Shown here piece after piece: positions 1 through 12,719 of a stretch of 64,000 nucleotides of DNA (positions are counted from its first letter, which is position 1; each line of letters begins with the position of its first letter). A program made the position numbers and the translations under genes. Below the pieces are notes generated by a model, which did no database searches, had not been told where the DNA came from, and was given only the letters and a program-made list of their open reading frames with translations. This DNA comes from Escherichia coli (GTDB lineage Bacteria > Pseudomonadota > Gammaproteobacteria > Enterobacterales > Enterobacteriaceae): the NCBI RefSeq assembly GCF_003334255.1, contig NZ_QOWU01000002.1. One strand, written 5' to 3'.

Positions 1-78
1 TTGACCGCCTGCGCCTGTGCTCGAAAACGCCAGAATGTACTGGCTGTACGCAATAATTGCAACTGCGATTGTTGTGCT

Positions 79-456
79 TCAGTGCTTTTCTTGCTTTTCA
101 TCAATCACCGGAATTCGCCACATATAGAAAAGCAAACAGGCGAGAATTACCAGCAACATGATGCGCACCCATGGCATCTGGACGAACCACAGAGAAATGG
201 CAAACGTGAGCAAAATAAGCAAAATCGCCCGCGGTTTGACGCCGCGCGGCATCGCATGATGTTTCTGCCAGAAACGTAGATAGCTGCCAAACCATGAGCG
301 GTACAGCAACCAGGCGTGAAAGCGCGGGGAAGAACGGGCAAAGCACCAGGCCGCCAGCAGGATAAACGGCGTCGTCGGTAATACCGGTAATACCACGCCC
401 AGCGTACCCAGCACTACCGCCAGCCAGCCAATGATGATTAAAATGATTCGTTGCAT
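79..456 (-). CDS. ybaN: YbaN, DUF454 inner-membrane protein
   Basis: 125-aa ORF; translation matches E. coli YbaN as recalled; divergent from priC as in K-12. Confidence 0.9.
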   Translation of the reverse strand: MQRIILIIIGWLAVVLGTLGVVLPVLPTTPFILLAAWCFARSSPRFHAWLLYRSWFGSYLRFWQKHHAMPRGVKPRAILLILLTFAISLWFVQMPWVRIMLLVILACLLFYMWRIPVIDEKQEKH

Positions 457-525
457 ATTGAGTGTTGTCAGCTTACAGAGTGGCTACTTTAGCATAACAA
501 TTATCATTTTCATTGAGGTCTTATC

Positions 526-1053
526 GTGAAAACCGCCCTGCTGCTGGAAAAACTGGAAGGACAGCTCGCTACGCTGCGTCAGCGTTGTGCCCCGGTGTCA
601 CAGTTCGCCACGCTAAGTGCTCGTTTCGACAGGCATCTTTTTCAGACTCGTGCGACAACACTACAGGCTTGTCTCGACGAGGCGGGCGATAATCTGGCTG
701 CGCTTCGTCATGCAGTTGAGCAGCAACAGCTGCCGCAAGTGGCCTGGCTGGCGGAACATCTGGCGGCACAACTGGAAGCCATCGCGCGTGAAGCCTCCGC
801 CTGGTCATTGCGCGAGTGGGACAGTGCACCACCGAAAATTGCCCGCTGGCAGCGTAAACGTATTCAGCATCAGGATTTTGAGCGGCGGCTACGTGAGATG
901 GTTGCCGAACGCAGAGCCCGTCTGGCGCGGGTGACCGATCTCGTGGAACAGCAAACGCTGCATCGTGAAGTGGAAGCCTATGAAGCGCGCCTGGCACGCT
1001 GCCGCCATGCGCTGGAAAAAATCGAAAACAGGTTAGCGCGTTTAACCCGCTAG
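526..1053 (+). CDS. priC: Primosomal replication protein N'' (PriC)
   Basis: 175-aa ORF with GTG start and GAGG Shine-Dalgarno about 9 nt upstream; translation matches PriC. Confidence 0.92.
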
Positions 1054-1066
1054 CAATGGAGAGAAT

Positions 1067-1228
1067 ATGTCACTGGAAAATGCCCCTGACGATGTCAAAC
1101 TGGCTGTCGATTTGATTGTGCTGCTGGAGGAAAATCAGATCCCTGCCAGTACCGTGCTGCGCGCGCTGGATATTGTAAAGCGTGATTATGAAAAGAAATT
1201 AACGCGCGATGATGAGGCGGAAAAGTGA
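1067..1228 (+). CDS. ybaM: Small protein YbaM (DUF2496), 53 aa
   Basis: ATG at 1067, TGA at 1226-1228; translated by hand as [53 protein letters not shown]; below the 60-aa cutoff of the ORF track; 13 nt after priC stop. Confidence 0.8.
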
Positions 1229-1281
1229 GAAATAAATGGGGTCGCTAAATGTCCCCTAAGGTTGCGGGCAAACGCAAAACT

Positions 1282-1380
1282 GCCTGATGCGCTACGCTTA
1301 TCAGGCCTACACCGCTCCTGCAATATATTGAATTCTTGCGGTTTCGTAGGCCGGATAAGGCGGTCACGCCGCATCCGGCA
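1282..1380. repeat. BIME-like pair of inverted REP palindromes
   Basis: GCCTGATGCGCTACGCTTATCAGGCCTAC (1282-1310) and GTAGGCCGGATAAGGCGGTCACGCCGCATCCGGCA (1346-1380) in the convergent ybaM/mscK gap. Confidence 0.8.
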
Positions 1381-1439
1381 TGAACAACGCGCACTTTGTT
1401 AGCAATCTCGGGGCAACTAAATGTTGCCCCCTTTCGTTT

Positions 1440-4400
1440 TTACCCTACCGCTGGCGTCGGGTCATCGCCTTTGTAGTCGCGTTTTACTTCCGTCACCTCA
1501 TCGCCCTTCTCGTTGTGCAGATGCACTTCAAGCTGGTTAAAGGCAATGTTGATGTCGTTTTCACGGCACAGCTGATCGATAGTACGGTTCAGCTCATCGA
1601 CAGTACGACTACGGTCACGCAGTTCACGCACATACAGACGCAGCTCATGATCCAACGTGCTGGCACCAAATGCCGTAAAGAAGACTTCCGGCATTGGTTC
1701 GTGCATCACCCTTGGGTGCTCAGTCGCCGCCTTCAGTAACACTTTACGCACTTTTTCCAGATCGGAGCCATAGGCCACGCCGAGACGGATCACCAGACGC
1801 GTAGTAGTGTCAGTCAACGACCAGTTGATCAGACGCTCGGTAACAAACGCTTTGTTCGGGATGATCACTTCTTTGCGATCGAAATCGGTAATCGTTGTCG
1901 CACGAATACGGATCTTACTTACCGTCCCCGAGAAGCTACCAATGGTTACCGTATCGCCAATACGCACCGGACGTTCGAACAGAATGATCAAACCGGAGAC
2001 GAAGTTACCGAAGATCTCCTGTAAGCCAAAACCAAGACCTACGGATAATGCTGCGGCCAGCCACTGGAGTTTATCCCAAGAGACGCCCAGCGATCCGAAC
2101 ACCGTCATCGCACCAACGGCAATAATGATGTAGTTAAGGATGGTAGTAATGGCATACGACGCGCCCTGGCGCATATTCAGTCGCGAGAGCACCAGCACTT
2201 CCAGCAAACCAGGCAGGTTGCGAATCAACGCCCAGGCCACCATTGAGGCGATAATCGCAAACAACAGGCTGCCCATGGTGACGTTTTTCACCACCGCAGC
2301 ACCAGCTTCAGTACCGTTGTAATGCCAGAGCGTAATGCTGTCGAGATAGCTGAACACGGTGATCAAATCGGACCAAATTGCCCAGAACATGACACCGAAC
2401 AGCGCAAACATCAGCAACATGGTAATACGCAGCGTCTGCTGGTTAACCTGTTCCAGTGCAATGGTGGGTTCTTCCGGCGGTTCGGCACCTTCTGCGCCCT
2501 CTTTCACCAGATTCTGCCGACGCGCCAGCGCACGACGCCAGGCGATACGCCGCGCCGCTACGCTTAAGCCACGCAGTACCGTCTGGTACAGCAGGTTCCA
2601 GATGATCACCAGATAAACGGTTTCAATCCAGCGTCCTGCCAGACGCAGCGTAGTGTAGAAGTAGCCTGTAGCAGTCAGCACCATCAGCGCAATCGGGATT
2701 ATCGACAGCACGGTAATGGTGACCAGTCGCATGGTGTGCGACTCTTTATCACGCCAGCTTTCGCGGCACATCGGCCATACCAGGAAGGCAATCAGCAGCA
2801 GGTTGAAGAAAATCATCGCTTGCCCCAGCACATCATCCATCAGATGCAGCGGGGAAAGTTCTGCCACCACAGACCAGAAATGGATAGGCAGCAATGCGAG
2901 ACTGATGCGGACAATTTGCCGACGCCAGTGGCTGGTCTGCTGTTCCGGCATGCCGAAGTGACGTACGGCAACGCCGTTTTTCTCCAGTACCTTCCAGCAC
3001 AGGCCAAACACCAGCCAGAATATCGCCAGTTTTTTGCTGAACGACCATAGCAGTTCGCTGATGTTGAGCTGCATGGTCAACAGAATCAGGCCAACCGCGA
3101 GAATAATCAGGCACACCGGCAGCGCACGGATCAGGTCGATAAGGATCGCTTTTGGTGTGTTGAGCTGGCTGTCGTTACGCAGGGAACCCACAGCGGAAGC
3201 CAGTTTTTGTTGATACGCTTTCAGCCAGCCCAGACGCCAGTGGATCAGCCCGGCAATCAACAGCAGCGGCAAACCAGCGAGGAAAGCGATAAAAACGGCG
3301 GGCCAGGCTTTTTGCCAGTTCACCGTGATTTTCATCGACTTAAATTCATCTTTCAGGCTTTGCGGGAACGCTTTGATCCAGTCCCAGTCCATTGGACGGT
3401 TACTGTTCACCCAAAAGATTTGCTGAGTCAGGATGGATTTCAGGTTTTTCGACACACTCATTAACTGCTGCTGGTTGATTTGCAGGTTAATGGCCATCAT
3501 CAGCTGGTTACCCAACTGTTTGTTGAGTTGATCCAGCAATTCGCGACGCATATCAACCACTTGCAATAACGCATCGTGAACTTCGCTGTTGACTTCGTTG
3601 GTGTGACCTTCTTCCAGTTTGTTGACGAACGCATCGCTCTGGAAGAGTGCATCACGCTGCTGGTTAACTTCAAACTGTTCGAGACGCAAATCCGCGATGC
3701 GGTTGGTCATGTTTTCCAGTTCATCCGCCGAGGGCAGCGTTTGTTGTTGCTGGTAAAGGATACGAGACAACAGCAGGCTGCCCTTCAGGACGGCAATCTG
3801 CTCTTTAATATTGCGTTCCGATTGCAGCGCCCGCTCCAGCCAGTTTTTGACTTTAATGTTTTGCTGCATCAACTGATTACCGTTTTCAGTCGCGGTAATC
3901 AGACGCTGACTTAACTGCTGGTTAATTTCCAGTTCCTGCTTCACCAGCGGATTAGCCTGAATACGCGCGGCTTCATCCGGGGAGACGGCTTCCTGCGCCG
4001 TTTTTTCGGTTAAAGTCAGGCGCTTGCTGTTTACCGCTTCTTGCAACAGTTGTAACTGGTGCTCCAGACGAGCGCTGTTCGCCGTCACGTAATCACGTTG
4101 CTTTTGCAAGGTATCCTGCAAGACGGTGTTCCCTTCCAGGCTTTTACGCTGCTGGTCAATCTCCGCATTCAGCAACGCCTGCTGGGCCTGCATTAACACT
4201 TTCTGGCTGGGACGTAAGGCTGTCTCGCCGACATCAGTCCCATCCAGACGACTGCGAATTTGTTGCAGCTGCTGCGAAGCGTTATACATCGCATTTTGCA
4301 CGCGTTCGGGCTGCGTCTGTAACGAAACCAGCTGGCTGTTATAAGACGCCAGATCGTTTTGTGCGTTTTGCAAATCGTCCAGCGCCTGGGCAACGCGAGT

Positions 4401-4802
4401 TTCCAGCTGGCGCAACGAAAGCGTGCTCAGAATTTTGCGCGTTTCTTCGTCGTTATCGACATCGCTAAGTGCTGTTAACGCCGCGGTCGCCTGGCGCATT
4501 TTTTCCGGCGCTTCAGCGACTTTTTGCCGTAGCTGAACTGTCTCTTCTTTTATGCGATCGATTTTATCGAGGGTGGCTAATGTATCTGTCAGATCCTGCT
4601 GCACCAGTTTGTCCTGAGCAGAAAGATCTTTTTGTTTATTTAGTGAGTCAAGTTGCGCCTGCAGGTCCGCTTTTGTCGGCAGATCACCATTCGATGACGC
4701 CCGCGCAAACGCCGTGTTCTGGCATAACAAGACAAAAACAAAAGCAATAAATGCTGAAAAAACAAAATGCCGTGATCGTTTGTAATACTGGAACATAGTC
4801 AT
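1440..4802 (-). CDS. mscK: Potassium-dependent mechanosensitive channel MscK (KefA)
   Basis: 1120-aa ORF; N-terminal signal sequence, long coiled-coil periplasmic region and C-terminal MscS-like domain; matches MscK. Confidence 0.95.
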   Translation of the reverse strand: MTMFQYYKRSRHFVFSAFIAFVFVLLCQNTAFARASSNGDLPTKADLQAQLDSLNKQKDLSAQDKLVQQDLTDTLATLDKIDRIKEETVQLRQKVAEAPEKMRQATAALTALSDVDNDEETRKILSTLSLRQLETRVAQALDDLQNAQNDLASYNSQLVSLQTQPERVQNAMYNASQQLQQIRSRLDGTDVGETALRPSQKVLMQAQQALLNAEIDQQRKSLEGNTVLQDTLQKQRDYVTANSARLEHQLQLLQEAVNSKRLTLTEKTAQEAVSPDEAARIQANPLVKQELEINQQLSQRLITATENGNQLMQQNIKVKNWLERALQSERNIKEQIAVLKGSLLLSRILYQQQQTLPSADELENMTNRIADLRLEQFEVNQQRDALFQSDAFVNKLEEGHTNEVNSEVHDALLQVVDMRRELLDQLNKQLGNQLMMAINLQINQQQLMSVSKNLKSILTQQIFWVNSNRPMDWDWIKAFPQSLKDEFKSMKITVNWQKAWPAVFIAFLAGLPLLLIAGLIHWRLGWLKAYQQKLASAVGSLRNDSQLNTPKAILIDLIRALPVCLIILAVGLILLTMQLNISELLWSFSKKLAIFWLVFGLCWKVLEKNGVAVRHFGMPEQQTSHWRRQIVRISLALLPIHFWSVVAELSPLHLMDDVLGQAMIFFNLLLIAFLVWPMCRESWRDKESHTMRLVTITVLSIIPIALMVLTATGYFYTTLRLAGRWIETVYLVIIWNLLYQTVLRGLSVAARRIAWRRALARRQNLVKEGAEGAEPPEEPTIALEQVNQQTLRITMLLMFALFGVMFWAIWSDLITVFSYLDSITLWHYNGTEAGAAVVKNVTMGSLLFAIIASMVAWALIRNLPGLLEVLVLSRLNMRQGASYAITTILNYIIIAVGAMTVFGSLGVSWDKLQWLAAALSVGLGFGLQEIFGNFVSGLIILFERPVRIGDTVTIGSFSGTVSKIRIRATTITDFDRKEVIIPNKAFVTERLINWSLTDTTTRLVIRLGVAYGSDLEKVRKVLLKAATEHPRVMHEPMPEVFFTAFGASTLDHELRLYVRELRDRSRTVDELNRTIDQLCRENDINIAFNQLEVHLHNEKGDEVTEVKRDYKGDDPTPAVG

Positions 4803-4929
4803 GATGAATGAAGGTTTCTGAACCTGAAGAACGACCTGAAAAAGTCAAACCGCAAGAATATCACGACGCAGTGAACCAGAATAGCAACGACGAAAATGTC
4901 CAGGAAAAATCCTGGAGTCAGATTCAGGG

Positions 4930-5577
4930 TTATTCGTTAGTGGCAGGATTACGAAGCGTGGGGCACAGGAGATACATCTCCAGTAAGATGGCAACGTAAT
5001 CGCGGGCTTCTTTTTTAAGATCAAAAGATTGCGGGGCAAAGAGCCAGTTTTCCATCAGGCCGGAAATATAGCCGCGCATAATAATTGCTGCGCGACGCGT
5101 CATTAAATCCGCAGGCAACATTTTCGCTTCAATACAATGTTTTAACGTTTGTTCTATACGGTCATAACTTTCCAGACAGAGATTACGTTGTGCCTGTTGC
5201 ACAACAGCCATTTCTCCGACAAATTCGCATTTGTGGAATATAATCTCCATCAATAATCGACGCCGTTCTTCTGTCACCGTGGATTCAAGAACATGAATTA
5301 ATATCTCTCTTAATACTGAGAGTGGATCGCCAGGGAATTTTGCCTGATACTCAAGCTCTAGTTCACCAATATTGGATTCTGACAGTTCCCAGATCTCACT
5401 GAACAAATCCGACTTGTCTTTAAAATGCCAGTAGATTGCACCGCGCGTAACGCCAGCTGCTTTTGCAATCTCGCCCAGCGAGGTGGATGATACCCCCTGC
5501 TGTGAGAAAAGACGTAGAGCCACATCGAGGATGTGTTGGCGCGTTTCTTGCGCTTCTTGTTTGGTTTTTCGTGCCAT
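4930..5577 (-). CDS. acrR: TetR-family repressor AcrR
   Basis: 215-aa ORF; translation matches AcrR; divergent from acrA with 141-bp gap. Confidence 0.95.
5558..5577 (-). promoter_or_regulatory. marbox-like site (MarA/SoxS/Rob) for acrAB activation
   Basis: Minus-strand sequence ATGGCACGAAAAACCAAACA fits the marbox consensus AYnGCACnnWnnRYYAAAYn; overlaps the acrR start codon. Confidence 0.55.
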
Positions 5578-5605
5578 ATGTTCGTGAATTTACAGGCGTT
5601 AGATT

Positions 5606-5629
5606 TACATACATTTGTGAATGTATGTA
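5606..5629. promoter_or_regulatory. AcrR operator, 24-bp perfect palindrome
   Basis: TACATACATTTGTGAATGTATGTA is a perfect inverted repeat in the acrR-acrA gap; candidate -35 TTTACA and -10 TACCAT overlap it. Confidence 0.85.
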
Positions 5630-5718
5630 CCATAGCACGACGATAATATAAACGCAGCAATGGGTTTATTAACTTTTGACCATTGACCAATTTGAAATCG
5701 GACACTCGAGGTTTACAT

Positions 5719-6912
5719 ATGAACAAAAACAGAGGGTTTACGCCTCTGGCGGTCGTTCTGATGCTCTCAGGCAGCTTAGCCCTAACAGGATGTGACGACA
5801 AACAGGCCCAACAAGGTGGCCAGCAGATGCCCGCCGTTGGCGTAGTAACAGTCAAAACTGAACCTCTGCAGATCACAACCGAGCTTCCGGGTCGCACCAG
5901 TGCCTACCGGATCGCAGAAGTTCGTCCTCAAGTTAGCGGGATTATCCTGAAGCGTAATTTCAAAGAAGGTAGCGACATCGAAGCAGGTGTCTCTCTCTAT
6001 CAGATTGATCCTGCGACCTATCAGGCGACATACGACAGTGCGAAAGGTGATCTGGCGAAAGCCCAGGCTGCAGCCAATATCGCGCAATTGACGGTGAATC
6101 GTTATCAGAAACTGCTCGGTACTCAGTACATCAGTAAGCAAGAGTACGATCAGGCTCTGGCTGATGCGCAACAGGCGAATGCTGCGGTAACTGCGGCGAA
6201 AGCTGCCGTTGAAACTGCGCGGATCAATCTGGCTTACACCAAAGTCACCTCTCCGATTAGCGGTCGCATTGGTAAGTCGAACGTGACGGAAGGCGCATTG
6301 GTACAGAACGGTCAGGCGACTGCGCTGGCAACCGTGCAGCAACTTGATCCGATCTACGTTGATGTGACCCAATCCAGCAACGACTTCCTGCGCCTGAAAC
6401 AGGAACTGGCGAATGGCACGCTGAAACAAGAGAACGGCAAAGCCAAAGTGTCACTGATCACCAGTGACGGCATTAAGTTCCCGCAGGACGGTACGCTGGA
6501 ATTCTCTGACGTTACCGTTGATCAGACCACTGGGTCTATCACCCTACGCGCTATCTTCCCGAACCCGGATCACACTCTGCTGCCGGGTATGTTCGTGCGC
6601 GCACGTCTGGAAGAAGGGCTTAATCCAAACGCTATTTTAGTCCCGCAACAGGGCGTAACCCGTACGCCGCGTGGCGATGCCACCGTACTGGTAGTTGGCG
6701 CGGATGACAAAGTGGAAACCCGTCCGATCGTTGCAAGCCAGGCTATTGGCGATAAGTGGCTGGTGACAGAAGGTCTGAAAGCAGGCGATCGCGTAGTAAT
6801 AAGTGGGCTGCAGAAAGTGCGTCCTGGTGTCCAGGTAAAAGCACAAGAAGTTACCGCTGATAATAACCAGCAAGCCGCAAGCGGTGCTCAGCCTGAACAG
6901 TCCAAGTCTTAA
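5719..6912 (+). CDS. acrA: Multidrug efflux periplasmic adaptor AcrA
   Basis: 397-aa protein starting MNKNRGFTPLAV with lipobox LTGC; ORF track extends 12 codons upstream but ATG 5719 follows a GAGG Shine-Dalgarno. Confidence 0.95.
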   Translation: MNKNRGFTPLAVVLMLSGSLALTGCDDKQAQQGGQQMPAVGVVTVKTEPLQITTELPGRTSAYRIAEVRPQVSGIILKRNFKEGSDIEAGVSLYQIDPATYQATYDSAKGDLAKAQAAANIAQLTVNRYQKLLGTQYISKQEYDQALADAQQANAAVTAAKAAVETARINLAYTKVTSPISGRIGKSNVTEGALVQNGQATALATVQQLDPIYVDVTQSSNDFLRLKQELANGTLKQENGKAKVSLITSDGIKFPQDGTLEFSDVTVDQTTGSITLRAIFPNPDHTLLPGMFVRARLEEGLNPNAILVPQQGVTRTPRGDATVLVVGADDKVETRPIVASQAIGDKWLVTEGLKAGDRVVISGLQKVRPGVQVKAQEVTADNNQQAASGAQPEQSKS

Positions 6913-6931
6913 CTTAAACAGGAGCCGTTAA

Positions 6932-10083
<3,152 letters not shown>

Positions 10084-10100
10084 TACAACGTGTAATCACT

Positions 10101-10126
10101 AAGGCCGCGTAAGCGGCCTTTTTTAT
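10101..10126 (+). terminator. Intrinsic terminator downstream of acrB
   Basis: Hairpin AAGGCCGCGTAAGCGGCCTT followed by TTTTTAT, about 20 nt after the acrB stop. Confidence 0.75.
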
Positions 10127-10628
10127 GCATAACCTACGAACATTAAGGAGTAATTGAACCACCAACTCAGGATCTCATACGAAAACCAGTATTAACCACG
10201 GATAAAATTCATAAAAAATACTGATTGTTAGTTAATTTATATTAAGTAGCGCTAATAGATTTAATAATCCATAATCATTTAGAGGCTATTCTTAATTATT
10301 TGCGGTAATTCTTTATTCATTCCTCGGTTATTACGTCATATTCAGAGCAATCCTGGTATTAGTGTCACCAATTTCATCTGGCGATAATCCTGAAATGTTA
10401 TGAATAGTTCGAGCAAACTGCTTTTACCTGCTGCGGGTTAGTGCTAGTATGAAAAAGTGAGTCCTGTCCCGCTTCCTTCCTAATTGTAATTTTTCGTAAT
10501 AATGCGATGAAAACCTGCAAAGAGTGGCTTATAGTTAAGCTAACAAACGAGAGGGCAAGTCCAGGTCAGTAAGTTTTTTCCATCCCGAAAGGTGTCCGTT
10601 AGTTCAACCGCTAAGAAGGGGACGCGTT

Positions 10629-11003
10629 ATGGATGAATACTCACCCAAAAGACATGATATCGCACAGCTTAAGTTTCTCTGTGAAACCCTGTATCATGAC
10701 TGCCTTGCAAACCTTGAAGAAAGCAATCATGGCTGGGTAAACGACCCAACCTCGGCGATCAACCTCCAGTTGAATGAACTGATTGAGCATATTGCGACCT
10801 TCGCACTTAATTACAAAATTAAGTATAATGAAGACAATAAGCTCATTGAGCAGATCGACGAATATCTGGATGACACCTTTATGTTGTTCAGTAGTTATGG
10901 TATTAATATGCAGGATCTTCAGAAATGGCGGAAGTCAGGTAATCGACTATTCCGTTGTTTTGTCAATGCGACGAAAGAGAATCCTGCGAGTTTATCTTGT
11001 TAG
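10629..11003 (+). CDS. tomB: Hha-associated antitoxin-like protein TomB (YbaJ)
   Basis: 124-aa ORF; translation matches TomB; immediately upstream of hha. Confidence 0.92.
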
Positions 11004-11028
11004 AATTATTACAACCATAGGTAGAAGT

Positions 11029-11247
11029 ATGTCCGAAAAACCTTTAACGAAAACCGATTATTTAATGCGTTTACGTCGTTGCCAGACAATTGACACGCTG
11101 GAGCGTGTTATCGAGAAAAATAAATACGAATTATCAGATAATGAACTGGCGGTATTTTACTCAGCCGCAGATCACCGCCTCGCCGAATTGACCATGAATA
11201 AACTGTACGACAAGATCCCTTCCTCAGTATGGAAATTTATTCGCTAA
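11029..11247 (+). CDS. hha: Haemolysin expression-modulating protein Hha
   Basis: 72-aa protein [27 protein letters not shown]...; lies inside a longer ORF-track entry (10783..11247); start chosen by match to Hha. Confidence 0.92.
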
Positions 11248-11418
11248 TAAATAATTCGCTTTCGGAGCTATAACCGGCTGTTTATTAAGAATTTTATACT
11301 TTTTCGCCATGAAGACATACCCTATGTGATCTTTATCACACAGATGTAATGGGAACGTTCTCTTCACTGACTTTTCGTCTTACTGTGTTGCCGCATTTTC
11401 AGCAACCGGAGGTCAGTA

Positions 11419-11970
11419 ATGAGCACAGAAAAAGAAAAGATGATTGCTGGTGAGTTGTATCGCTCGGCAGATGAGACGTTATCTCGCGATCGCCTGCGCG
11501 CTCGTCAGCTTATTCACCGATACAATCATTCCCTGGCGGAAGAGCACACATTACGCCAGCAAATTCTCGCTGATCTATTCGGTCAGGTGACAGAGGCTTA
11601 TATTGAGCCAACGTTTCGCTGTGACTATGGCTATAACATTTTTCTCGGTAATAATTTTTTCGCCAACTTCGATTGCGTGATGCTTGATGTCTGCCCTATT
11701 CGCATCGGTGATAACTGTATGTTGGCACCAGGCGTTCATATCTACACGGCAACACATCCCATCGACCCTGTAGCACGTAATAGCGGTGCTGAACTGGGGA
11801 AACCCGTCACCATCGGTAATAACGTCTGGATTGGCGGACGCGCGGTCATTAACCCTGGTGTGACCATTGGTGATAACGTCGTGGTAGCCTCAGGTGCAGT
11901 TGTCACAAAAGATGTCCCGGACAACGTTGTCGTGGGCGGTAATCCAGCCAGAATAATTAAAAAATTGTAA
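11419..11970 (+). CDS. maa: Maltose O-acetyltransferase (hexapeptide-repeat acyltransferase)
   Basis: 183-aa ORF; hexapeptide repeat region; matches Maa. Confidence 0.92.
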
Positions 11971-12085
11971 TCGGTTTTTCGCAACTGTTATGCAAAATTG
12001 TGGTAGATCTGTTACTTCCCCTCTACTATTCCCACGTTAAAATAGGGTGTTCCCTGGAAAGTTGCAGATACCACGAAGGCAAACG

Positions 12086-12556
12086 ATGACCGAAATACAA
12101 CGCCTGCTGACCGAAACGATTGAGTCTCTGAATACCCGCGAAAAACGCGACAACAAACCCCGCTTTAGTATCAGTTTTATCCGTAAACATCCGGGGCTGT
12201 TTATCGGTATGTACGTTGCTTTTTTTGCCACCCTGGCGGTGATGTTGCAGTCCGAAACGCTGTCAGGCTCTGTCTGGCTACTGGTTGTATTATTTATCCT
12301 GCTTAATGGTTTCTTCTTTTTCGATGTCTACCCACGCTACCGCTATGAAGATATCGACGTGCTGGATTTCCGCGTTTGCTATAACGGCGAATGGTACAAC
12401 ACGCGCTTTGTACCTGCCGCGCTGGTTGAAGCCATCTTGAACTCTCCGCGTGTCGCGGATGTTCATAAGGAACAACTGCAAAAAATGATCGTCCGTAAAG
12501 GTGAACTGTCTTTTTACGATATTTTTACCCTCGCTCGCGCCGAATCAACATCTTAA
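12086..12556 (+). CDS. ylaC: Inner-membrane protein YlaC (DUF1449)
   Basis: 156-aa protein starting [10 protein letters not shown]; ORF track extends 13 codons upstream. Confidence 0.85.
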
Positions 12557-12719
12557 GTTAGGGTTACATACCAGGCGTAAAGCTCTGCGCCTGGTCAAAT
12601 GACAATGATCGTTTCCACCCATCACTTCATGAAATACCAGCTCTACCTCCTTATCTCCAGCCAGCCTTTTTCCACAATCAGATATACTTTCCCTACACTG
12701 TGTTAATAAGGATATGCTG

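Noticed and set aside
10783-11247. 154-aa ORF spanning the tomB 3' end and hha
   Set aside because: It is an upstream in-frame extension of hha running through the tomB coding region in another frame; the authentic products are TomB (10629..11003) and the 72-aa Hha from ATG 11029.
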